From the human T2T-CHM13v2.0 reference genome, Homo sapiens: a DNA stretch of 64,000 nt. The notes beneath the pieces were generated by a model. That model was given only the letters and a program-made list of their open reading frames with translations, was not told the origin of the DNA and made no database searches. Location: the NCBI RefSeq assembly GCF_009914755.1, contig NC_060930.1, one strand, 5' to 3'. This document shows positions 14,798 through 28,670 of the stretch, in pieces. Made by a program: the position numbers and the translations under genes. Position 1 is the stretch's first letter. Each line of letters opens with the position of its first letter.

Positions 14798-16704
14798 TTT
14801 TCTTTTCTGAATTTTTAATTTTTATGGGTACATAGTAGGTGTATATATTTATGGGATATATAAGATATTTTGATACAGGCATGCAATATGTAATCATCCC
14901 CTCAGGGTAAATGGAATATCTGTCACCTCCAGCATTTATCCTTTGTGTTACAAACAATTTAATTACACTCTTAGTTATTTTTAAATGTACAATTATTGTT
15001 GACTGTAGTAACCCTGTTGTGCTATAAAACACTAGGTCTTATTCTTTTTTTTCTATTTTTTGTACCCATTAACCATCCTCACTTCCTTCCAATCTTCCCA
15101 CTATCCTTCCCAACCTATGGTAACCATCCTTCTTCTCTCTATCTCCAGGAGTTCAATTGTTTTAATTTTTAGCTCTCACAAATAAGTGAGAACGTGCAAA
15201 GTTTGTCTTTCTGTGTCTGGCTTATTTCACTTAACATAATGACCTCCAGTTCCATCTATATTGTTGCAAATGATAGGGTCTTCTTCTTTTTTTATGGCTG
15301 AATAGTACTCCATCATGTACATATACCACATTTTCTTTGTCCATTTGTCTGCTGATGGACACTTAAGTTGGTTCCAAATCTTGGCTACTGCAAATAGTGC
15401 TTTAATAAACATGGGAGTGCGGATATCTCTTTAATATCTTGATTTCATTTTTGGGGGGGTATTACTAGTAGTGGGATTATTGGATCATATGGTAGCTCTA
15501 TTTTTAGTTGTGTAAGGAACCTCTAAACTATTTTCTAGTAGTTTTAGTAATTTACATTCCCACCAACAGTGTACAAGGGTTCCCTTTTCTCCATATCTTC
15601 AACAGCATTTGTTATTGTCTGTCTTTTGGATAAAAGCCATTTTAACTGGGGTGAGATGATGTCTCATTGCAGTTTTGATTTGCACTTCTCTGATGATCAG
15701 TGATGTTTAGCACCATTTCATATAACTGTTTGCTATTAGCATGTTGTCTTTTGAAAAATGTCTATTCGAATATTTTGCCCATCTTTAAATCAGATTATTA
15801 GATTCTTTTTCTATTGAGTTGTTTGTGCTTGTTATATATTCTGGTTATTACTCCCTTGTCAAATGGGCAATTTGCAAATATTTTCTCCCATTGTATGGGT
15901 TGTCTCTTCATTTTATTGTTTCCTTCAGTTTGCAGAACCTTTTTAACTTGATGTGATTCCATTTATCCATTTTTGCTTTGGTTGTCTGTGCTTGTGGGCA
16001 TTACTTAAGAAAATTTTTCCCCAGATCAATGTCCTGGAGATTTTCTCCAGTGTTTTCTTGTAGGAGTTTCTTTGTATAAGGTTTTATATTTAAATCTTTA
16101 ATCATTTTATTTTTGTATATGGCAAGAGATAAGTGTTTACTTTCATTCTTCCACATATGGATATCTAGTTTCCCCAGCACCATTTATTGAGACCGTCATT
16201 TCCTCAATGTATGTTTTTGGAGCCTTTGTCAAAAATGAGTTCACTGAAGATGTATAGATTTGTTTCAGGGTTCTCTATTCTGCTTCATTGGTTTATGTGT
16301 CTGTTTCTATGCCAGTACCATGCCGTTTTGGTTACTATAGCTCTGTAGTATAATTTGAATTGGCAAAGTGATTCCTACAGTTTTGTTCTTTTTGCTCAGA
16401 ATAGTTTTGGCTATCCTGGATCTTTTGTGGTTCCTTAAAATTTTTCAGATTGTTTCTTTTATTTTGTGAGGAATGTCATTGGTATTTTGATAAGGATTGC
16501 ATTGAATCTCTAGATTGGTTTGGGTAGTATGGACATTTAAATATAATTGGTTCTTCCAATCTATGAACAAGGAATATCTCTCCATTTTTTTGTGTCACCT
16601 CCTCAATTTCTTTCACCAGTGTTTTATAATTTTTATTATGGAAATATTTCACTTCTTTGGTTAAATTAGTTCCTAGGTATTTAATTTTCTTTGCAGCTAT
16701 TGTA
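14798..16704 (-). mobile_element. L1MA (MA1-3-like) 3' UTR and ORF2 end, ~1.9 kb
   Basis: TTTTTATGGGTACATAGTAGGTGTATATATTTATGG terminus; ORF 15227-15412 (MFIKALFAVAKIWNQLKCPS...MEYYSAIKK) is the L1 ORF2p C-terminus. Confidence 0.9.
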
Positions 16705-17329
16705 AGAAAAACTGATTAAGGTTCGAGAGATTTGTCTGTAAAGTTTTATTAAAGATTGGGGTTGACATTAAGAGTACACTAATGCAAGGGTGAAATTTGG
16801 CTTTCTCTCTTGAACAAGATTTTCATCTAATGTTAAAGGATAACGAAATATTTTTGCTTGCCTTTTAAATAAACTACAGGAAAAAGAAGGGAAAGACAAG
16901 AGACGGATTGGAAAGCTAAATGTTCCCTCTATCAATAAGTAAAAGTTTTTGCCTTTTTGAAGTTTTTGAGTTATTATTTTGGCAAAATAAATAACTTATG
17001 GTGACCTGGAATTCTATTTTATAATATCAAATGTTTGAAATCTTTAACATATTTGACAGGCCTCCCAAAATCAAATTTCAGCTTCAAAATTGTCTTTTCC
17101 AACCTCTAACTTTGGGATACTACAGAGGGCCCCTGAAGCATCCAAAAGATAGGTAAACAGGATTATTTGACATGTTAAGTTACATGGGAAGTATTGTCAA
17201 AATAAAAAATAATGTTTACTTTTCTTCAGGTTATATTTTAGCGAATGTTAATATATGTTCCAAAATTGTATGGGATTTCTAAAATTCTAATATGACTAAA
17301 TATATACTATCAATCATAATTATGGTTAC

Positions 17330-17704
17330 TGTATTAGTCCATTTTCATGCTGCTGATAAAGACATACCTGAGACTGGGCAATTTACAAAAGAAAGAGGTT
17401 TCATTGGACTTACAGCTCCACATGGCTGGGGAAGCCTCACAATCATGGTGGAAGGCAAGAAGGAGCAAGTCCTTCTTACATGGATGGCAGCAGGCAAACA
17501 GAGAATGAGGAAAATGCAAAAGTGGAAACCCCAGATAAAACCATCAGATCTTGTGAGACGTATTCACTACCATGACAATAGTATGGGGGAAACCACCCCC
17601 ATGATTCAATTATCTCCCACTGAGACCCTCCCACAACACATGGGAATTATTGGAGTACAATTCAAGATGAGATTAGGGTGGGGACACAGAGCCAAACCAT
17701 ATCA
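17330..17704 (-). mobile_element. THE1C-like solo LTR
   Basis: TGTATTAGTCC...GCCAAACCATATCA complete termini; decayed 5-bp TSD GTTAC/GGTAT. Confidence 0.92.
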
Positions 17705-18607
17705 GGTATTATGTTAGTTATTGTAGATCACAGAAATAACCAAATTTCCATGTCAATTGTGTTTTTATGACTGTTTAAAGTCATTTCTACAGTTAATTGC
17801 TTAATTCTGATGCAGTTTTTGAAAACTTCACAAGCACTGAAAATCCTAGAATATGATATATTTTAGGAGGTTTATGAAAGGATGGAACGGACCCTGAAAA
17901 GCACTCTTGAATACAGGTAAGAATTCCTATAACTTTAATGAAAAGGCTGACTGGTTTATAAAACCACTAACCCAGGTAGAACAAAATTAATTGAATACCA
18001 AGAAAATACTTTGCCAGATTTTCATGCTAAATCAACCAATACTGAAATTGTTTAGATACACAATTTAAATGAACTCCATGGTCTAAGTCAAATTACCTAT
18101 GACAACCCATTAGTTGTCAGTGCTACGCACCTAAATTGGATAAACAACTGGTATTCAAGAGAACATAAGTCCAACATTAAGCATGGGCTCACGGAGAACC
18201 AGGAGGGCTGCCTTGTCCTTTCTGAGTTCTCAAAACTTTTGTTATTAAAGGTTTTGCATTCTGTGACTCATCATGGAAAACATAAAATGATCCAAATTAA
18301 ATATATATTGGTGTGGTGATTTCTAAATTGCTAAAATAGTTTATGACCAATGTTTGGTTTGTGAAACCCATATTCCTTGGAAGACAAAGCTTTAGGTACG
18401 TTTGGCAACTTTATGGGCCATTCAGACATTTATAGAGGGATTTCATTCAGTTGTCATTTTCAATGCATGTTTTCTGGTTGTATAAAAGCTTTCCTATGCA
18501 AGAGGGCTGGCATTATAACAGTAGATTATTATACCACCATGTATTTTCACCAGGTAAAGAAAGCATTTCATGGTTCACTTATTGAGGACCATCAACCACT
18601 TCATAAT

Positions 18608-18725
18608 TTAGAACCTGAAGATCGGATCTTCTGAGAACCTCAGAGAAAGACTGCCCTTGTCATCCACACTGCAGCAAAACTTCAGGACCTTGAACCTTGG
18701 GCTAATAATTTCACAACTGAGACGG
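18608..18725 (+). pseudogene. Retroviral integrase C-terminal remnant
   Basis: LEPEDRIF* followed by HTAAKLQDLEPW (18665-18700), resembling the gammaretroviral PTAVKLQGxxPWIH motif. Confidence 0.55.
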
Positions 18726-19119
18726 CTTCATCTACACCCTTGGAACTATACCCATTAGAACCCTTAAGGTAAAGCTAACCAAGGAAGTTTCTACCCAGAA
18801 GAAGATTGCATCCTTGATATGAACAGCTTTTTCCCAAGATCATGCATCAAGACTTCTCTACTATCATGAGACTCTTACTTTGAATATTTTTCCCTTGCTT
18901 ATGCCTCTATGAACAATAGAAGTGAAAAGGGGGTCTGTTGTGTGTACTAATTGTGTATACTTTGATTTGTGAAGGATTTTGAAGCCAGCCTTATACATGG
19001 ATAAGCTTATACCTTGATAGATGGAAGATGAGGCGCAATGAAGGTAAGAAATTTTAAAGGTACATATGTGGCCTCATAGTCAGAAATAACACATTTGTTC
19101 ATTCTTCTTAACCCACATC

Positions 19120-19680
19120 ATGGGTTAAAGAGAACAATGCCAGGAGGCCTTCACTCTTCTAGAAGGGCATTATTTATTAGGTCCTTTTCCGCCATGGTTT
19201 GGGGTAAAAGAGACAGTGACTAGAAATTTATCCCTCATAATAAGCTCTATAGCAGATTCTATTGTAAAGGCTATGGTTGCAAAACAGACTTTAAATTCTC
19301 TTGTGAAAGTTATGCTAAATAATGGAATTGCTGTAGATTACTTACTGGCTAAACAGAGAAGTGTCTGTGCAGCTGCTGGCACTTGTGGCCTGTGGAGAAA
19401 TACATCACATCAGGTATTACAGAGATTCAGCTGTAGGGGATTAATGAAGAGACTGCTTAGTTAAGTAGGCAGACCCTTTATCTAGCTTATTCTTTGATCT
19501 ATTTAATTTTAGGTGGTTTGGATATGGGGATCTTGGGTAACTCTTCGTGTTATGCTCCGATATTCATGATAGTAGTCTCCCTGATATACTGTATTCTCTT
19601 AAAAGATTTAAATTTTTGCATGCAGCCATCTCTAGAAAGTCAAATGGTCTCTCCAACTGGAATGACAAGAGCTGAAAGAA
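19120..19680 (+). pseudogene. Frameshifted ERV1 env TM-subunit remnant
   Basis: HGLKR cleavage-like site, then ORF 19216-19464 LNSLVKVMLNNGIAVDYLLAKQRSVC (CKS-17-like immunosuppressive domain), then a hydrophobic segment in ORF 19494-19688. Confidence 0.78.
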
Positions 19681-19822
19681 ATGTGTGACCCTGAGGGCAC
19701 TGTAACCTATAAATGACATGCTGAGACCAGAAACCCAAAATGGTAGTAACTAAGAGTGACACAAAAGCCCTAAGTTTTGGTCACACTCTCACCTAAGTGA
19801 GAACCTGACCAAAAAGGGGAGT

Positions 19823-19999
19823 TTTTTAACAAAATTATGGGAGGCCATTGTTTTTGACTGAACTCATGCACAAGGCCCCAACAGAGCAGACCAAACCAAA
19901 ATGGAGTCACTCATACTACCCGTGACATAATCAAACTAAGACTTTAAGGAAACACACAGATCCTAGAAGAGACCAGGTTTTGGGTTTTTTCCTCCTGTT
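19823..19999 (+). mobile_element. LTR54/MER57-group 3' LTR, 5' part only (broken by rearrangement)
   Basis: Follows PPT; AAATTATGGGAGGCCATTG...CAGACCAAACCAAAATGGAGTCACTCAT. Confidence 0.7.
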
Positions 20000-20093
20000 T
20001 CTCCTGTTTGTTTGTTTGTTTGTTTGTTTGTTTGTTTGTTTGTTAACAGGGGAAAAAAAACCCAAACCTGGTCTCTTCTAGGATCTGTGTGTT
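19951..20093. repeat. Inverted repeat, ~49-bp arms around a (TTTG)n loop
   Basis: AACACACAGATCCTAGAAGAGACCAGGTTT(T)GGG at 19951 and its reverse complement at 20045-20093. Confidence 0.95.
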
Positions 20094-20163
20094 CCACCAT
20101 AGAGTAGAAGGTCCCTCCTTGTCCTAGAGAAGATCTAGAACACATTTCTAGGACAGAATGTAT

Positions 20164-20233
20164 AAGCCAGCCTTATCCATGGATAAACTTATACCTTGAT
20201 AGATGGAAGATGAGGCCCAATGAAGATGAGAAA
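20164..20233 (+). repeat. 70-bp direct copy of 18982-19051
   Basis: 65/70 identical by eye, no gaps. Confidence 0.93.
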
Positions 20234-20359
20234 CACATATCTATGACATTCCAGCATAAGAATCTAAGGTATAATTCCTACATGACAGGAATCTGCTCCA
20301 TTAACAGTTGGTAGATCTCACTTGTAAAACTGTTTCAGCCCTCTTCTCCGAACCCAAGA

Positions 20360-20730
20360 GCAGTTTTTAAAATTCCTTTATAGATTATATTTAATATTTT
20401 TAAGTCTATTTGGTTCTGTGACTTTTTCTTTGAATCATTTTTGCTAACATGTTACCTAGAAAATGGTTAATTTAGTCTAACTTTTCTAATTTATTGGCAA
20501 AAAATTTGTTCACATTGTTTTATTTTTGGTATTCTTTCTATATATGCAGTTAAAGCCATTTTTTTATTTCTACTGTTTACCTGCTCTCTCTCTCTCTCTC
20601 CTCTCATTCATCAATACTTTCAAAGTTTTAGTTATTAGCATTTTTTAAAGAATTAGTCTCTGGTTTTGTCATTTCTCTCTAATGTACTTTTGTCTTCAAT
20701 ATCATTACTTTTGCTCTTACCTTTGTTATC
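20360..20730 (-). mobile_element. Old L1M fragment
   Basis: T-rich, TTTTCTAATTTATTGGCA...TGTTCA reverse ORF2-like; boundaries approximate. Confidence 0.5.
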
Positions 20731-21678
20731 TATGAAATGCAGCTGCTTTGCTGCGACTCCTTTTATTCCTAGGACTAGGGAGCAGAGCTTGAGAGGAGGA
20801 AGAAGAAAGTGTACTATTTTTGAAATGAAATTAAGCCAAGAAAAATTGAGGCTGGCATTTCCTCTGAGAGGTGCTAGACTCAAGTTGTTCTTTAAAGGAA
20901 AAATTTTGAAACCCTTCTTTGGAGCTTTTGGAGAGCCCTAGAAGGTATGTTCCAAGGGAATATTTTCAGAGAATGTTAATGTTGTTTTTATTGCATAACA
21001 AATTTCTAGGTAACCTTAGAGTCAAGAGAAAAAGGATCTTCTATTTTCTTAAAACACTGATTCACTGCAGAGCTCATAAATGCTAAATTACAGCATGGCA
21101 GGCAAGTGAAAAGAAAATAAGAAAGCAATGACTATCTACATAATTTATTTCTAAATCATAGTCCATAGGCTGATTTCTTTTAGCATTTGGCACTTTGCCA
21201 AGCTGATGAACCCCCTATCCACATGAAGTCAAGACCCACAGATAATATGGATTTCCCTTTCTCCAGCATTGGCAAGCACCTAAGTAATATGAAGTATTTG
21301 GAAGAGCTTGTTTATATATGTCTGTATTGTCACCCATCAATTTGATCTCTTTGGTGACTTAGAATTCCTGATGTCCTCTGAGCCTACTCTGGGGTAATAG
21401 TTCCATCCCTCAGTGTAATGGAATTTTTTATTTTAATGAAAAAGTTCTTAGTGTAATTAGGCATGCAAATAAATAGACCAGCAATTATGGTGCATCATAA
21501 TAAATGCTACATTAGAAATGTGCAAAAGTGATATGAGAGGTAGAGACAGAATCCCTCACTCCATATTAAGGAATCATAACAGGATTCCTGGAAGAGGAAC
21601 TGAAGCTTAAGTTATAAAGGTTAGCTTTACCTTGAGGCAAGGTTATCTGAAAGCTCTTTCAGACTGGGTATAAATGGA

Positions 21679-22006
21679 TATATTAATCTGTTCTCACGCT
21701 GCTATAAGGGCATACCTGAGACTGGGTAATTTATAAAGTTCCACATGGCTGAGGAGGCCTCAGGAAACTTACAACCATGGCAGAAGGCACCTCCTCACAG
21801 GGTGGCAGGAGAGAGAATGAGTGTCGAGCGAAGGGGGAGGCCCCTTATAAAACTATCGTATCTCATGAGGACTCACTATCACAAGAATAGCACAGGAAGA
21901 ACGTCCACCATGATTCAATTATCTCCACGTGGTCCTGGCTTTGACAGTGGCGATTATTACAATTCAAGGTGAAATTTGGGTGGAGACGCAGATCCAAACT
22001 ATATCA
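21679..22006 (-). mobile_element. THE1D/MSTA-like solo LTR with an internal deletion
   Basis: TATATTAATCTGTTCTCACGCTGCTAT...CCAAACTATATCA; TSD ATGGA/ATGGG. Confidence 0.85.
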
Positions 22007-22819
22007 ATGGGTAAGAGGAGTTAAGGCCGTAGGAGTGAAGGGATTGGTGGAGCTCTGTAAAGGCAGTAAGGCCAGGTACATGGAGGATCCAGTGTTCCCA
22101 TCTGCTAAAATGCTCCAGTCATGAGAAATAAGGCAAGAGAGGAGAGGAAGGGTAAGTAGCAAAGCATAACTTTTCTGAATTGGAATAGCTGATCGTGCCT
22201 TCTGGCACAGAAGATGCATACCCAACTCTCAGATCTCACCTAGAGAAAACAGTTCTGCCTCACTCAACCAGAGTTACTCTAAGTATGAGCCATCTGCCCT
22301 CATCTCACCTGGCTGGCTCGCCCTGTCTCAAATGACTGATGTCAAGGTAAGAACTGTCTTTCCATCTAGACCATGCCATTTGCTGATCTTTTCCCCTACC
22401 TCATCATTTCTAGAACAAGTGAGTCAGACCAGGGTAATCAGGGATGGGGGCTTCAGCTGATCCAGTCAGGAGAAAGCCAGGCCTCAGGTCATTAAAGCCA
22501 GAAGAAGGCCATGCTGGCTCACCACTAGGCTGATCCCACAATGTCCTTGGGGCAGCAAAACAGGGGCCTTGAGTATCCTATTGAAAGAATGTTCTGTTTC
22601 AAAAATATCCTCAAAGCTATTGTCCTAGGAAATATAAGAATGTTGTGTTATAATTCCCTACACTTACATTAGTTTATATAAAGACCGTAATCTGGCCCTA
22701 GTTGAAGGTTGGTGTATTGAGACCAGGCCCCTCATTTAAAGTGTTTCTGGAACAGAAGGGCTGGAGTGAGAAGTCCATGGGGGACCTGTTCTCAAGAATA
22801 ACTGAGATCTGTAGCAATG

Positions 22820-23025
22820 TTGTAAAGCGCTTTCATAAACTGCATCTCATGTCTTCCTCACTAAAACTTACAAACTGCATTGTATTAATAATTCTTACTT
22901 TGCCAATGGGGAAATAGATGCTAGGGGAAGTCGCATAATTAACCAAGTTCCTTAGCTGGTGGGAGTAACATTTAGAACTCATATCCAGATCTCTTGACTC
23001 CTGAGCCCACAGCTTCAGTCTCTAC
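22820..23025 (-). mobile_element. MIR
   Basis: Degenerate core ACTTTGCCAATGGGGAAATAGATGCT...TGACTCC. Confidence 0.6.
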
Positions 23026-24364
23026 CCAAAGCCGTGGTCTTGTGAAACTCTTATAAGCTCATAATTGTTTCACCTCAGCTATGAGGGCGTGTGCTGAAGG
23101 ACAGAAAATCTAGCCCTTCAAGGTCTGGACTTATGAGTCCAAGGCAAGAGCAAAGTTAGCTGAACTCAGGCTGAGCTAATAAATTGATTTTGCACCCCTT
23201 ATATTCATTCAGCTAAGGCCAGAATCATGCAGCCTGGATGTACAGGTGGGTATGAGGTGACCCCAGATGGCAGAGTGCAGGAGTAGGTGGGGGGTGGATA
23301 ATTACAACAAGACTTTGCCTTATCTCTAAGTATTCTTGTCCTGTGGGGTGACCTTGAGAAATTGTTCTACTTCCCTGTTTCTCTAGCTCTGCAATGAATT
23401 GAATATGTGAGTGCCTATGCTGTGAAGATGTAGGGATGCTCCCTGTCCTCAAGATGCTCACATCCAGAAGAATGCATTTTAAAAGGTCTAGGTATAAGGG
23501 AGAATGTTTTTCATTTTTGTTTTGTAGAATCATTAAGAAACCTATTCTTGTGGGAAACACAGATGAATAACATGTTATTTTAGATTTGAACATTTGTAAA
23601 GATTTTGGATGGATTTGGTATTTGAGCTGCTTTGTCAGGAAGTAGAATTTTGATGGTCAGGGCTGAGGACAGACTGGGGAGCAAATACAAGAATGTGAAA
23701 AAGCCAGGCGTGCAGTCTCTCTCTCTCTCTCCTCTTCTCTCCACCCCTCTAGTAGTTCTGTTTCTCTGAAGAATCCTAATGTGTACCCCAACTGTTTCCA
23801 AAATGATTTTGAGATTGCTAAGCAGCCACATTCAGTTGAATCTGGCTTTACATTTTGTAGGTTTAAGCAATTTTGGGGGCAATGAATGTACCTTCAATAG
23901 ACTTTTGAGTGTCAACCTTTATTTTCTCCCAGTCCATTGCTTACAGTCCCCAGGCTACTGCTGCTCTGTCTAATGATCCTTACAGTAACTACACTAAAAG
24001 AAGAGACAATGCATTTAACAGAGACTGATCCCTGGAGTCTGCACATAAGATTTAGTCTGCAGTTGATACTAATAAACATGAACACAGCCTACACTGCTGT
24101 TCCATCTGCCTTAAGGTTTAGATAGCATATGTGAGAATGAAGTGGCCCCTCTGAAGGAAACAGGAAACTTATATAGTAAAGTGTAATTAAACCAGGATAA
24201 GCAGCTATCTTGGAAACTGTGGCAAGAAGCTTACAGAAAATTTTGGAGATGTCGATAAGGGAGACATGGAGAGTAAGGGTTGGGTCACTGTTTCTCCAAG
24301 GCTGATAAATCATGGCTCCAATGTGGACTTGGTGTCAGGCCTCCCAAATGATGCTGCTCCTCAC

Positions 24365-24387
24365 CACACACACACACACATACGTAA

Positions 24388-24439
<52 letters not shown>
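24365..24439. repeat. Interrupted (CA)n microsatellite
   Basis: Two CA runs separated by TACGTAAACATA. Confidence 0.95.
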
Positions 24440-24441
<2 letters not shown>

Positions 24442-24489
24442 GGAGAGAGAGTTTTAAATTTCCATGCAACCTGGAAGACATACTTCTTC

Positions 24490-24582
24490 TTCCTGGGGCC
24501 CAGTTTTCTCATCTGTAATATGACAGGAGTAAGCCAGACGATCTCTAAGTTCTTTTCCAATTCTGGCATTCTATAACTCTAA
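24490..24582 (+). mobile_element. MIR3-like fragment
   Basis: CCCAGTTTTCTCATCTGTAATATG...GATCTCTAAGTTCTTTTCCAATTCT. Confidence 0.65.
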
Positions 24583-25289
24583 AGTTTGTTTTCTCTGATC
24601 AGTTCTGTGATTTGGAAGACAATGAGTTGATAATCCAGTGGGCTATGACGGTTATAGTTCTCTCAATAAGTTAAATTAGAGTATTCATGTTTTGGCATAT
24701 TCACATCCATGTTTGCAGACTCTGATCAGCCTGGACAATTTTCTCTCCCAAATCACTTCCACACAAACTTATCAAATCATCTGACTAGTCGCACTCATCC
24801 TGACCATATCACATCACAAGGCGGCATGCATTAGGGCAGTTATAACATCCCCCAAGGTATTTGCACAATGACTGCTCACCGTAGGGAACAGGCTTCCCTC
24901 TCTGCAACAAACAAGGAAAATGTCTTTTAAAATGCTCTAAATAATACATGTGAAAACCTAGGCAATACTCAAGGTATAAAGGAAAAAAGCAAAAATGGCT
25001 AAATTCCCACCACTCAGAGATTATCACCATGAACTTGTCAGTGAACGTTCTAACATAAATTTTCTATGTTTATATATACACACACATAATTTTGTATAAA
25101 TGGGATCATATTATATATGCAATTTTATAATAATTTTTAAATCTTATGAAAACTTTTATGTTTTAAATTATATCTAAAACTTACTTTACAGTCCAGTAAT
25201 ATTTTAATACAGAATTTTTAAATTGTAGTATATTTTTCTTGTATTTAAGGAAAGATTATTGGTCTACAAAGGGGAGATTAGAAGACTTG

Positions 25290-27144
<1,855 letters not shown>

Positions 27145-27644
27145 ATCTAAAGTAAATCCTAATTTACCCAATTTATTTAATGGATACCTTGATTTAAATT
27201 GCCTATTTATTTACCTTATCTATTAAAAAGCTATACCCTACTAATGAAATAAAAATCAATGTATCCTTTTTCATAAAAGAACAATTGCTGAAGCAATAAT
27301 GTTGATTTGGAGTTTAAATGTATGGTTCAAATAGTACCTATAGTTTTTTTTTTCTTTTTAAGGAATTTGAAGTCAAAATTTATATTTTCATCTCCTGTTA
27401 TTTTTTATTTTTAATATCAGTTTAGCAATAGGGAAACATTGACTTATTTGATTAAAATGGTTAAGATCCACACTGAATGTGCATTACTACTAGATCATGG
27501 ACAAACTTATTCATTTCTAACTTACAATTTAGCATTCGTTCATTTTTAAACAAGTTTGAATGTAAATTATTCACTGGGCTTCTCAGAAGGAATTTGTACT
27601 TTCAGTTAGGGATATTATTAAATCTTAAATTTGTAGTGTATGGT

Positions 27645-27780
27645 CTATGGTTTATTATTTTCTCCCCTGGCATTCAGCAAAGTTCTTGACGCATAAGACA
27701 TACTCAGTAAATGTTTGTTGGATGACTGGCAGATAAATGATGAGCACGAGTGAATAAATGAGTAAATGAGTGAATGACTG
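27645..27780 (+). mobile_element. L2 3' end
   Basis: ACTCAGTAAATGTTTGTTGGATGA and TGAA-type tail. Confidence 0.7.
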
Positions 27781-27965
27781 GATTTTTTAATCAAAAAAGT
27801 ATGTTTAGTCATATGCATATTTTATGACAAATTAGAAACAAGAATGATCCTTTGAATATGTATGCCCCACCAGGCAGCCACCTCTGGTTCAGAGCCTCCT
27901 TCCCGACCCCAGGCTATTCTGACCCTGATAGCCTAAGTGCTGTTCCTACCTTTACTTGGACTTTC

Positions 27966-28307
27966 TTTCTTTCTTTCTTCCTTTCTTTCTTTCTTTCTTC
28001 CTTTCTCCTTTCCCTTTCCTTTCCTTTCCTTGTTTCATTCTTCTTGCCCAGGCTGGAGTACAGTAGCATAATCTCCGCTCACTGCAACTTCCGCGTACTG
28101 GGTTCAAGCAATTCTCCTGCCTCAGTCCCCCTGAGTAGCTGGGATTACAGGCGCCCGCCACCACACCCAGCTAATTTTTGTATTTTTGGTAGACACAGGG
28201 TTTCACCATGTTGGCCCAGCTGGTCTCAAACTCCTGACCTCAGGTGATCTGCCTGCCTCGGCCTGCCAACGTACTGGGATTACAGACATGAGCCACCATG
28301 CCTGGCC
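27966..28307 (-). mobile_element. AluSx-like; tail converted to a (TTTC)n/(TTTCC)n repeat
   Basis: Reverse Alu; TSD ACCTTT(A/C)CTT(G/A)GACT. Confidence 0.9.
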
Positions 28308-28424
28308 ACCTTTCCTTAGACTTTCTTTATGCCCCGTTTAGCCTGGACTTCTGAGTGCCACTTGCTCCTGTCTGACTCTTCACTGACATGACATAGCCCA
28401 TTATCTCATGTTAGGCTTTTCTTG

Positions 28425-28670
28425 GAAACAGCACAGGATGAGGATAAAGAAGAGAGTGGACTCAGGAACCTACCTCCTAGCCTGGCTCTAGTACTTCCTG
28501 GCTGGCTGACTTTGAGCAAATGCCTTTGTTCCCCTCCTCTGTATGGTAGAGATCATAAGAGCATTACCCTCAAGGGGTTGTCATGAGAATTCCATGGGTG
28601 AGTCTTTGTAAAGCGATTAGAATGGTGCCTTGCACACAGTAAGCCCTTTATAGATGTTTATTAAATAAAT
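28425..28670 (+). mobile_element. MIR
   Basis: TGACTTTGAGCAAAT...GGGTTGTCATGAGAATT...AAAGCGATTAGAATGGTGCCT. Confidence 0.7.

Larger units (their letters stand above)
16705..19820 (+). mobile_element. MER4-group (MER57-int-like) ERV1 internal region, 3' half only
   Basis: AT-rich MER4-group internal sequence, integrase and env remnants, PPT AAAAAGGGGA at 19811-19820. Confidence 0.75.

Noticed and set aside
7260-17800. Inverted similarity between ~7300-7750 and ~16950-17800
   Set aside because: Low identity, explained by two related MER4-group ERV internal regions in opposite orientation.
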